DNA of 63,412 nt, the filler included, from Rhabdomonas costata (taxonomy: Eukaryota): the NCBI GenBank assembly GCA_019059605.1. It is 47 parts of 47 records of this genome, joined end to end, with 100 filler letters (N's around TTAATTAATTAA, not from the genome) between each part and the next. Parts side by side here need not be neighbours in the genome. Positions count along the whole stretch, not along the records: positions 1 to 1,252 come from JAHMHO010021845.1; positions 1,353 to 2,604 come from JAHMHO010021846.1; positions 2,705 to 3,956 come from JAHMHO010021847.1; positions 4,057 to 5,308 come from JAHMHO010021848.1; positions 5,409 to 6,660 come from JAHMHO010021849.1; positions 6,761 to 8,012 come from JAHMHO010021850.1; positions 8,113 to 9,364 come from JAHMHO010021851.1; positions 9,465 to 10,716 come from JAHMHO010021852.1; 39 more parts are not named here. One strand, written 5' to 3'. Under the pieces are notes generated by a model that searched no databases, was not told the DNA's origin, and saw only the letters and a list, made by a program, of their open reading frames with translations. This document shows, one piece after another, positions 1 through 10,969 of this stretch (the stretch's first letter is position 1; each line of letters opens with the position of its first letter). The translations under genes and the position numbers were made by a program.

Positions 1-1
1 T

Positions 2-1252
2 GTTCGCAAGCTTTGCGCGGTTATTGGCTCCAGGGAGGCTCAGGGCTTGGGAGAAGGCAAAGCCATTGACGTCTGGTCCTCATGTGTAGCTCGGGAGAAT
101 CGCACCCAAGATGGCCTTGACGTTGTGGACGATGGGCCGCTGCACGAGTTTGATGCGTATCCTGCGGTAAACGACTTTTCGCAGGCACTGGAAATCATTT
201 CTTGGGAAGAAGCCGTGCGGCAGACCGGAAAACCCTTTTGGGTATGTCCGCATTGCAATCGGAGTACCTCCGACGAGCGAGTGGAGCACTTTCAAACGAA
301 GCATCCCCTTCTTAATTTAAATTTTGCTCTGGCCGAGCCCGTAACCCTCACCACAATGGAATATGTGCTCGCGGAAGCTGAGCAGGCCTCCACAGAAAGG
401 ATAAAGAATGGTGGTAAAGGTTGTCCCTGTGTCACTATTTTCACAATGGAGACGCCGATCTACCGGCTTATGAATCAAACGAGCCGAGAATTCGGCCACC
501 CTGAAGGTCCCGTAAGATTTGAGCCCTGGAAGGCGTTTGCACGAATGCTTCACGAGGAACTCCTTTCGTTGCCCATGTGCGAATGCATGGTGTACAGAGC
601 GGTGGATTTCAAACCTCCGTCAAGCTTGTTTCCAGTGGGTTCCGTGATCACGTGGAACCAACCCAGCAGCGCGTCGAAATCCGCAAAAGTAGTGCGGGAA
701 TTTCTTCGGCAAGACAGCGCGCTCGGGCCCCCATGGGGCACGATATATACCATTGGGTCACGCACTGGCAGGTTCATAGCGGAGTTCTCTGTGTTTCCCT
801 CGGAGGAAGAAGTTCTCCTGCCCTGTGGGAGCCAGTTTCGGGTTGTGGGTAAGGCCAGCTTTGGATTCAAGAAGTTGTTGGAAGAGGCGATGGAATGTGA
901 TCTCTCCAACGTTGACATCATCGCACTTGAGGAAGTTGTTGTACTGGAGTACCGCGAGGTTCCCCTAGCTATGACTGCCGAAGAGCAGCGACGAAATCCA
1001 AAAGTGAAAGAGTTCTGCTCGACTTATCCTACAATGTACATGCCTTTGCGTACAAACCACAAGGAGAAGGGGACAACTGTCGTTCATATCGCAGCAGCGG
1101 TGCCTGAGAACGAAAGTGTGGTACAACTGGTATGTTGCCGGATGAAAGATGAGTGCCTAGGCGTGCACTCTGATGAAGGAAAGACAGCTTTGCAAGTCTC
1201 TCTTAGCTGCACAGAGGGAGGGGAGGAAGCAACACGGAGGGCCCCCCACAAA
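2..1252 (+). CDS. Mono-ADP-ribosyltransferase (R-S-E/ARTC type) with upstream C2H2-like motif and downstream ankyrin-like repeats; partial at both ends
   Basis: Frame is open across the whole contig. ART motifs: IYRLMN, VYRAV (R at 596-598), ITWNQPSSAS, GTIYTI, FSVFPSEEEVLL (E-x-E at 803-811). CPHC-x10-H-x4-H at 245-304. GTTVVHIAAA and GKTALQVSL resemble ankyrin repeat starts. Confidence 0.85.
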
Positions 1253-1352
1253 NNNNNNNNNNNNNNNNNNNNNNNNNNNNNNNNNNNNNNNNNNNNTTAA
1301 TTAATTAANNNNNNNNNNNNNNNNNNNNNNNNNNNNNNNNNNNNNNNNNNNN
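1253..1352. other. Artificial contig spacer (N-run, TTAATTAATTAA six-frame stop linker, N-run); first of about 46, recurring every ~1351-1352 nt
   Basis: The same linker recurs throughout. Intervening blocks are 1250-1252 nt (e.g. 1353-2604, 2705-3956, 62163-63412), consistent with length-sorted contigs. Confidence 0.99.
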
Positions 1353-1717
1353 CACAGACGTTGTGCGCTTGGTTAGGCTGACTTTTTCTGGGAGGAATTG
1401 GCCTTGGCAGGGGTTAGGGGCCCCATCGGCCCTCACACCCACACACCCGATCCATAATGCCGTCCCTCTCTATTGTAGCGGAGGGTTGGCTCCTCCCATA
1501 TTACCCCCAATCCACAATTTATGCACAGCCTTGGAAACCCCGATTGGCGCGTTTTGAGACCTCTTTCTGGGTACCCAACCTTTCGCGATCGTACACTTCC
1601 CTTTGGGCACTATTGCCCTGGTGGGTTTGGGTCCTCCATCCCACTCCGGGCAACACAACACACACAGCATGCAATATCTAATGCCTTGCCTTTGCCGAAA
1701 GACCAGGATGGGACACC

Positions 1718-2341
1718 ATTATTTCTTAATGGGTGGACAGCTCCCTCACGGCGCTCCCGGCGCACGGCGGCCATGTCAGTTTCGTCATAATTGGAGACGA
1801 CCTGCAGGTGCAACAAGCTCTCTTACAGGGGGGGGGATACCTTCTCCAAGATGCCACGCTGTGCTTCAAACCACTGCTCGGAGGTCTTCTCGGAAGCCTT
1901 CATGCTCTGCCCTATCTGTGAGCACCACAGAAGCGCATCCTGCTATTCCTGGCATGTGACCGCAAAAAAGGGGAAAAGGAAGCCTTCCCATTTTCAGAGG
2001 GGGCTTACGGGGAGGGGCCTAAGTAGCTCCTCACAAGCATGACAACAGACATCGAGAGCTCCCACCAAAACCCACCCTGCTAATCCGACTCCACGAGGCA
2101 CGCGGGAAGGCTCCTTTCGACCATATTGTTGAGGGGTTTTGGTTGCAGCACTTTTGAATTCCTTTCCTCGTTGTGTGTTTTCACGCTTATCTCGGGGCCC
2201 ATAAAGGCACCTTGGTAAGGGGCGTGCTCAAAGAAACCAAGACCAAAAAAGAAAGGGGCAAACCCTTTGCTCGAAAGAAGCCCAATGTCTTGTGAGCGAG
2301 CGGCCCGAGGTTTCTAGCGACTCCCTCACCCTCTCCATCAT
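1718..2341 (-). CDS. Unknown protein, three putative exons
   Basis: AG/GT-bounded phase-0 exons 2341-2264 (MMERVRESLETSGRSLTRHWASFEQR) and 1915-1841 (IGQSMKASEKTSEQWFEAQRGILEK), then an exon from 1801 downward (VVSNYDETDMAAVRRERREG). Lower end approximate. Confidence 0.45.
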
Positions 2342-2920
2342 CTGAGAAAACCACACGAGCCCTCCGGAGGCAAACAGGCAAAAGCAGCCAGCGCTCCACC
2401 GGCGAGGAAGGCTCGCTCCTCCGTAGGCGAGTAGCAAATAGATGCTGACAGAGCTGAACAATGGGGTGGGTGTCACTGCGGGGACAGGACGACTGACTGA
2501 AACGGCACACGGAAGACTACATAACAGCGCAAGGCTGGGTCAAGGGACCCAAACCCAATCATTGCACAAATACATACTTACTTTTTTAGAGGCTGGCCTG
2601 ATTCNNNNNNNNNNNNNNNNNNNNNNNNNNNNNNNNNNNNNNNNNNNNTTAATTAATTAANNNNNNNNNNNNNNNNNNNNNNNNNNNNNNNNNNNNNNNN
2701 NNNNGTTGGGTTGTACAAAACCATGAATGTAAATTTTTGAAGGTCAGAGGGCTAAGGCAGCGCAGGCGGGGTGTTTTTTTAAATACAGCAGTCCTCCTTT
2801 CATGTCAAAAATTTACATTCATGGTTTTGTACAAACCCAAGTACAGTGAAGCCGGGTGCTCTACCCCTTACATGCCATCTAGCAGTCGGAGACTCTTATC
2901 AGGGAAAAAGCCGTTCTCAC

Positions 2921-3934
2921 TGCGCCCATCCTGCGCCCAGGGTTCGCCCCATCTCCTTTGCCCACGACGGGAGGTACTCCCGGCTGAAGCCCAGCTGAGT
3001 GGCGGCCTCAGCCCCTCCTGAGCAAAGGGCGTCTTCCACGGCCACCCCGACACCCATCCCCGTGCTTCCGTGGCGGCCACGCCCCCGCAGGGTCTCCACC
3101 ACTCTGCCCACCAGGCGGTGCAGAGGAGACACCACAAAGCACTCCCTGTCAATGGTGAGCCTGGCCACGCCATCGCACACCCCCAGCGCCTGCAGCGCCT
3201 CCTGCAGCCACACACACATGGTGCTGTGTGAGTGTGGGAATGTTTTTCTTGCACGCGACCAAGCCAAAGGAAAGGGAAAAAAGTTGAGGTACAGGCAGAG
3301 GGAAGCCCCAAGCAAACACATGTACTTCACATTAATTCCCGCAAAAGTTTGGCAAACGGTATGCGATGGGACTGGTAACTTTGGGATGCATCCCAAAGAG
3401 TATTGCAGTAAAACACTGGCCTCTCTGAAACAACGATTCCCCTCATTCCTTCCCAATAAAAAGCAGAGGTGGGCAGCACCTCCTCGGCAAGAAGTGCGGC
3501 GGGGGACACCAGCACGCCTCGAGCCAGCAACGAGTGCACCCCAGCCACCAGCACCCCAGAGCTGAACTGGCTGCAGCAGTGCCACCTTCCACAAGGCAGC
3601 ACCACGTGATGCGCAGCCTGAACCAGAAAACATCCACGAGAAAGAGAAGAGAAGATGCAACCGAGATCACCCTTACGACGGACAAAAGGACTTCGAAGAT
3701 GCGCAGATCAGTTTGCTTTTTGCGCACTCATCCCAATTGAGAGACGCAAATCTTCATGTAAGTGTTAGTGAGAGTGCTGAGTTGTCGTGTGAGGAGGACC
3801 TGAGGACCGCCGCTGTACCGGACCACCAGGCTAGCACCCGCCCAGCGAGCCAAGAAGTCGACCACGGAGCCCTTGCCCTCGTCCCCAAAAAGGAGTCCAG
3901 CTACAATGAACACTCGAGACTTGTCCTCCATCAT
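2921..3934 (-). CDS. purA: Adenylosuccinate synthetase, divergent type; first three exons
   Basis: Exons 3934-3800 (GLLFGDEGKGSVVDFL...VRYSGGPQ), 3617-3480 (AAHHVVLPCGRWHCCSQFSSG...) and 3201-~2921 (...RHGSTGMGVG...) join in frame through phase-0 GT-AG introns. GDEGKG P-loop is present. Confidence 0.88.
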
Positions 3935-5605
3935 TCCGCGCCCGCCACCCCACCCCNNNNNNNNNNNNNNNNNNNNNNNNNNNNNNNNNNNNNNNNNNNN
4001 TTAATTAATTAANNNNNNNNNNNNNNNNNNNNNNNNNNNNNNNNNNNNNNNNNNNNGTGGTTGGGCAGTATCGTCAGAAAATGGCTGAAGCGTGTGGACT
4101 CTAAAGCGTCCGTATTCCAAAGGGAAATTTCGGTGGACATTATTCGCGCCGGGGGTAGCCTAACACATTTGGGCCGCTGGTTTTTTTTGACGTCCTTATG
4201 CCATGAACACCAGCAAATAAGCTCGTTTTGGCTTTGCAAAATTCTTGCGGTACCAGGCCAAATTCGCAATGTCATGAAAACACACACAAGCACACCATTC
4301 CATGAATTCCTATTTTGCAGTTCATAATATACTCCTCACAGATAGCGTGTCGAGCAAGCGCTTCGAAGGGCGCACCCCTTACACCTTTACTGAAGGCCTT
4401 TTGACCCGTTTTGGGGGGAGAAGTTCATCTTTGACAGACTTCTGCTCCAACTCTCACTTTTGACCTGGCCCGGGCCATATATGGTCCCGTGGGTGGAAAA
4501 TACATCGTCAGGATGGGAGAATTCGGGCTACACTCACTACACTCAAGGCAGGGGGGGGGGCATAGAGCCACCAAACATACTCTGCCCGTTCCAACCACAC
4601 GATCGACAGTACTCGCCAATTGTACTCGCTGCGGTTTATAGGAGGTTTTGGAATATCCCAAGCACCTCTTGTCCCTCAATTCCCTATTGACGGACTCCCA
4701 GCGTTCCGGGGAGCGTTCCACTCCTTCCCCTTCGGATTTTTCTGAAGCCTGTGTTGCGAAAAAAGTTACAAGGACGCGGCGACGCAGCTGACAACTGCCT
4801 GGAAAGCCTCCTTTTGCAAGCCCGTCTAAGAAAAACAAAATACAACACTGCGCGCTCAACACTGCGTTGCGTCGGGACCTCATGGTATCTGCGGGACAGC
4901 TCGTCCAGAAGGTACCGGGGAATCAGTCGCCAGGAGTTGAGCACGCGCTCCTCCCCAAATACTGAGGAAGACAAACAAACACTGCGTTCTCCCATAGGTT
5001 AACTTGCACCGAGAGCGATTGCGATGGGTCCCCATTGTGTATGTGTGCTGGAATTGGCTGCGCTGAGCGTGCTTCCAGCTTCGGGGTGCACACAACCTCG
5101 CCAGGGCGGCACCGGACAGCCTCAGCGAAGCAAACAGGAGATTCGTCCTCCCTTTAATTGAGAGAGTATCATAATGCGTGATCCTGCTCCCACGCCACCA
5201 CTTCACACTTCATTCAGCAAGAGAAAGTCATTCGATCACCGTGGTCGACATGCACACACACACACACACTGTCAGGTTGTGAAAGTTCACCACTAAGGAC
5301 AAACCAACNNNNNNNNNNNNNNNNNNNNNNNNNNNNNNNNNNNNNNNNNNNNTTAATTAATTAANNNNNNNNNNNNNNNNNNNNNNNNNNNNNNNNNNNN
5401 NNNNNNNNGTTGGGTGTTAAATAGAATACATAGAAAAATAAACACAATAAATAATAAAAAATAAATAAAAATAAAATCTAAGTAAAAATAGAATGGTTAG
5501 CACCGTGTCCCCAGGACTAAACTTGCACCATCATGTCCGCGCAAGGAGTGGGGCAGAGTTGCACTCAGAGTGACTGTTCCCAAAACGTTATCCTCTCCCG
5601 ATCAC

Positions 5606-6313
5606 CTGAAGGGTCTCCACGAACGCGATCACGTCGACCCCGCGGTCGGACTTCTTCGGTACTCCCCGCAGCAATTCTCGGACCTGGTGCCCCGTCAAGC
5701 CTAGGTTGTAGCGCTCCAGCAGCCGCGCGAGCTCGTCCTCGTCCACAGTACCGTCGCTGTTGAGGTCGATCGCCGCTCTGGAAGTCAGGGACGAATCAAC
5801 AGTCCCGCCAGAAGCACACATGAAGAAATTGCGGGCACCGCTCCACGTGAACTGAGAATAGCCAATCACCGCCAACCTCGAGCCCGTCCCCCTTACCCGT
5901 GACAGAATAGCGCTTGCTGAGCTATGGCTCTCATACAAGGCGGTATTCATGCACAGCTCCTAAGGTTTGTGATCAATCAGCGATAATGCTCATTCCGGAA
6001 CTTGGACACTGGACAGTTTGCCGCTATTAAGGTATGGAGACACCACAAAGCCGGAAACAAGGCAATATGAGTTCTCGGTCAAAAAGAACGACACCCAGAA
6101 CCCCATTGAATTTAGATGGACGCGCAGGTATTTGTACCGCAGCTGGTCCAGGCTGAGCTTGGCTTCGATTAGGGCGTCATGAATGGCCCGCCGCACGTTC
6201 TGCTTCCAGTCCCCGAACTTGGGATCGCAGTCGAACCGCGGGCTCTCCACGAAGTCCTTCCACTGCACCTTCCCGTCCGCCGTGGTCTTCACGAAACACG
6301 CCTGGTACTTGTC
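5606..6313 (-). CDS. EF-hand calcium-binding protein, two internal exons
   Basis: Exons 6313-6138 and 5777-5606 join in phase 2 through a GT-AG intron. EF-hand loop DLNSDGTVDEDEL. Confidence 0.75.
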
Positions 6314-6314
6314 C

Positions 6315-6346
6315 TGTGTGTGTGTGTGTGTGCGCGCGCGCGCGCG
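6315..6346. repeat. Compound (TG)n(CG)n microsatellite abutting a splice acceptor
   Basis: Directly visible in the sequence. Confidence 0.9.
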
Positions 6347-8632
6347 TGAGCCGTCAATAGTGGCACATCCCGCTGAAAGATGATTCATAGACTGAGCGCA
6401 AATCCCAACAATCCGTTCACCAGCATTACGCTTGGCTTCGTCCTCCCTCGCCTTATGATTATAACCCAAAATATTGCCCGAGAGAATTTTGCTCGCTGTA
6501 CATTAAAGTTTACGATTTCGGACTTATAGAGCAACAAGGGGGCCTAAAAACCACGCTTTTTCGCTGCCTAACAGCTCAAAAGGGGCCTTTTTCCGTGCAT
6601 GTTTTTAGCTTGACTGAGTTCTCACTTTTGACCTGACGCGGAGCATATAAATAAAAAACCNNNNNNNNNNNNNNNNNNNNNNNNNNNNNNNNNNNNNNNN
6701 NNNNTTAATTAATTAANNNNNNNNNNNNNNNNNNNNNNNNNNNNNNNNNNNNNNNNNNNNGTTGTTGTTGTATCAAGTTGGCATTGTATGCAACTCAATT
6801 TCTGCATGCTTTATTCATTCAATTCAACGTGCTGAAACTACTTCAGACAGAACTCCGTGCAAAACTGTTGCAAAATCCTCATTTTGTAAGTGTCAATGAG
6901 ACGTTTGAATGAAGTTTGAGACTTTCATTGATTGACTAAAATCAGTGATACATTGTCGTGCATGTTAACCAAAAGTTCAAAAAACTTCCAAGAGCGTCAT
7001 GCAAAGCATTTTTGAGTGCCAGGGTGTGAATCTTCTTTGAAAAATGCCATTACTTCGTGTCTCCAGTGTGATCTATATAAACTAAAGGGTGCAAAAATAG
7101 CATGACAACACTCTGAAACATTTGTGTATTGATTTTGGAGATTTGATGCTCACTACAAGATAGAGGCTTTCACGTTTTTTCTTTGGCTCTTCGTTTATTT
7201 CACGGTGGAAAATAAACAAAGAGCCATCAAAGGTCCACTTTCACTGATCGCTTCGAAATTATGGTTGCCCATCTGCGATTGTCGTCATTGTGATTTTTTG
7301 TTTCAGTCCTTTTCTGAATCTGCAGAACTCGTCTGTCAAGCTGGAGCATAACTGCTTGTAAATAAACACATGTGAGCTCATTAGGAACACTTGGAGGGTT
7401 TTTGTGAGGAAACAACTGTTCGAAACTCTGATGCTGTATGCTCGCATATGACACAGGATAGTGACGGGAAAACAAAACTCACAGGTGTGACAAAACAACC
7501 GTTCTGCCCACTGAAATTTGTGCGCTGCGCTCATTCTTCTTATTTGATTGCATACCAGTCGAACCAATTTGCTATCTTTTCCAGCACATTACAAGACAAG
7601 TAGGTAATTTATTCCGAATGTTGGAAGACAATACACTCATGTCAGGCTGCTGGAAAGCTTTAAAATGTATACAACGATACGAGGGAGAAACGGCTCTGAA
7701 AATAGAGATTTTAGTATTGCTTGTTTTTATTTGTACTGTGACCTGCATGTAGAGTGAGGATACTAATTGAAACTACCATTTTTCAGAGTGTATGTGTCCA
7801 CAACAATTAAGGTGGGTGATGTCTAATTTGCTGATACAAATGGAAAGTTGCTTGCGTTTATATCAATATTTGTCGTATGACTTCCTATTTAGTGTTCCGC
7901 AGTATTTTTCTCATTTAAGGGCGCTTCGGTTTGCTTCTCTTGCGCCTCTTCCGGTATAATCAATACATTTTTCTATACAGCACTAGAAAGCACCAAATTC
8001 TCCACAAAAACCNNNNNNNNNNNNNNNNNNNNNNNNNNNNNNNNNNNNNNNNNNNNTTAATTAATTAANNNNNNNNNNNNNNNNNNNNNNNNNNNNNNNN
8101 NNNNNNNNNNNNGGGTTTGGGGCACGTGCACTCTAAAGGAGTGGTTTTGCGTGGATTTGAGGGATATTTGGGTGAGGGTAGCATCCCCATAAGATGCTAA
8201 CTTGGTGTTTGGCGATGGCAGATGAGTAGGAAAGGGGTGGAGGCAAGTCTGCACCGGTGCTGGCGCTCTCGGCTGAGGCGGGAACGAAGCCTGGTGTCCT
8301 GCAAGGGCATTCCTTATCTTAAAACGTGCTGCTCTCACACCTCCAGAAGTCACTGACAACTGCGAGCTGCAGCTACTGTACTTCAGGGTGCGATGGGGCA
8401 CATCGCCACATTGCGTCCAAACACTACTCAGAGCTATGCTTTTGTGCGCTTTTGTGCGATGTGTCAATTTGATGCGGGTAGTGGACCCCACGCTGGATTC
8501 CAGCCTGGACCTTTTTTGCTTAGCGCCGTTTGGAGCCGATCAGAAGTCCTGTCAAGCTGCTGAGTGGTTTCGTACACGGTGCTTTCCATCTTCCCCGATA
8601 CTCCCCCCCTCAAAACAACTGTTGTGCTTTAG

Positions 8633-8843
8633 TCGAAGATCCGGGATGCCCTGGTCACGCGCATCCTGAATTTCCTGACGCTGAAGCGCTCCCTGGACGC
8701 GCCGCGGGTGGACATCTTTGCCCACGCCGAGGTCTTCGCCACCCTGGTGCAGGTGGAGTTCGTGTCTGCCACGGGCGCCGTCACCACGATCAACACCCTG
8801 CTCAGCCGCGAGGAGACCCGAGTCGCAGCCTTCACCATGCTCG
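8633..8843 (+). CDS. Single exon, possibly MIF4G/HEAT-like helical domain
   Basis: AG/GT-bounded GC3-rich exon SKIRDALVTRILNFL...AHAEVFATLVQVEFVSATGAVTTINTLL...AFTML. The hydrophobic spacing resembles MIF4G repeats; the family call is weak. Confidence 0.45.
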
Positions 8844-9464
8844 GTGTGGCTGGGTGTGGGTGGGTGCGGACGCCTGACCGGATGCGGGGGAGGTTTCACA
8901 CTGTATTAAAAGCGGCTAGTGGGGAATTAGTGAGTGTAGGGCTGCTCCTCTCCCCTCTACTCATGAGACACCTACGGATGCACGCGCACAAAGAATGCGG
9001 AGCCATTAGCGGGAATCGACAGTAATCGCAGACGGGCAGGAACCAACCGTAGAGCGATGCGCTGGCACTGCATCGCCTACAGACACTGGTGCTTCCCGTT
9101 CATGCATCTGGAGGAAAAAGCTCAATGGGTCGTTGCTGCGAGAGAAGGCCCCAGCCTCCCCAAAAAAGCAGACCTTAGCAGCGCCAGTGGAAAAACGTTC
9201 CGGCTTGGCGGTAAACCGTACTCCACCGCACCGCGCGCTCCGAAGGTGTACCTCTAGCGAGTGTTGCTGACAGCGCGTGTGGCCGTCAATCCACAATGAT
9301 CACCAACAGAGGATCCTCACATCCGCACAGTGGGTGTGAGGGTGACGGGTGATTTGTGTCAGAANNNNNNNNNNNNNNNNNNNNNNNNNNNNNNNNNNNN
9401 NNNNNNNNTTAATTAATTAANNNNNNNNNNNNNNNNNNNNNNNNNNNNNNNNNNNNNNNNNNNN

Positions 9465-9578
9465 CTGGGGCGGCGAATGACAAACATGGGGGACCCGCCA
9501 CGCGCGGCTGCTGCTGCTGCTGCTGCTTTAGCTGCGGTTGTGATGATTTTGGTTGCTGCGGCTGCTGGAGCTGTCCTT
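9465..9578 (-). CDS. Gln/Pro-rich low-complexity exon of unknown protein
   Basis: GQLQQPQQPKSSQPQLKQQQQQQPR with a CAG run, following a pyrimidine-rich AG. Boundaries approximate. Confidence 0.35.
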
Positions 9579-10969
9579 GGGGAAAGGACACGGAGGCAGC
9601 CCTGGTGCCCAACCCACGGACTGGGGTGAATGGAAGGTGGGGTAGGTGTCCCACACTGACAATGGGCAAAGAGGAAGTAGGTATGGTCACAAAAGAAAGG
9701 AATGGGAGAATGAGGTGATTGCGCCAATTGAATCAATTGAATTGATTTTGGGGTGGTTTTGTGATGGGACGATTTCCCCAAAAGAGGTCACTGAAGTGTC
9801 CTGGCCCTAGCTCTGAGGGAGGTTTGAGGGAGGCAGCGTGCCCAGGACATGTAGCAGCACGGGCCTTTTCTGGTTCCTTTTTTATCGGGTCCGGATGTTT
9901 CCGACCCAAGCCCAAAGACAGCTTCAGCGCACAGCCTTATTTGGAACTTGCTGGTCAGCCCCACGTACTTTTAAAGAACGTTCTTGGTGCTTGGGTTGCA
10001 CCATACCACCTGCTTTCTTTTTTGTCTCTCCCAAGTGGTGGTGGTGTGAAAATTTCTGCCGCTGATGGTAGCGTTTTTCTTGATTTTCTCGCTGCGCGCA
10101 GACATGTGCTGTTCAGCCTGGAGGGGTCCAAGGACAAAGGCGCGATGGACGTATGTGGGGGGGGGACTTCTGCCGTTTTGTCACCTTCTGGTGGTTTTAT
10201 CAGATTTATCAGAAGGGCACATTCTGACTTCATCTAACTAACACATGATAACTTCAATCACTTCAAAACGGAGAGCAGGAAATATATCACAGAAGATCTT
10301 GCGGTTCGAGTTTCACAACTTTTGGTGTGTTGTGTCCAGTGCTTTTTTCTAAATTTGGCACCTGCTATGCAGAAAAGAACCGTGAGCTAAATATACTCTA
10401 TCACTGGCGCGCCTTGCGCCTTTTTGGACACACGCTAGATGCATGTTCGCATTCGCGCGTCACCCCCCCCCCCGTCTTTGGACGGCATGTCAACCTGCCA
10501 GGGTCAGCACCAAGCCAACACAAGGAAGAGGCCACAATGCTAAAAACTGCTGCCGGTAGTTTCTCCGGAAAAATAAAAACAAAGCAGAAAATGCAACGAG
10601 AATCATCTGCGGGAAGCATGCCCGCACACACTCACACGCACACGCCAGCGCAACCCACGGCACAACTGACGGCAGACTTCGGGCACATATCATTAACATC
10701 ACGAAAAGTGGTACAGNNNNNNNNNNNNNNNNNNNNNNNNNNNNNNNNNNNNNNNNNNNNTTAATTAATTAANNNNNNNNNNNNNNNNNNNNNNNNNNNN
10801 NNNNNNNNNNNNNNNNGTGGGGGGGGGGAGCTCGGCCACGGATGTGTTTTACATCAATTTGAAATCTACTAACTGAAGACAGAAGTGCTGAAGAAGCCAT
10901 GGACATGTCCATTCTTTTGGAGCGGTAGTTATGCTGAGCGTCCAGTGCAGAACACACACCCACGGGAAG

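Noticed and set aside
3800..3934. PurZ (Z-base biosynthesis) assignment
   Set aside because: The motif is GDEGKG with the PurA catalytic Asp, not the Ser variant typical of PurZ.
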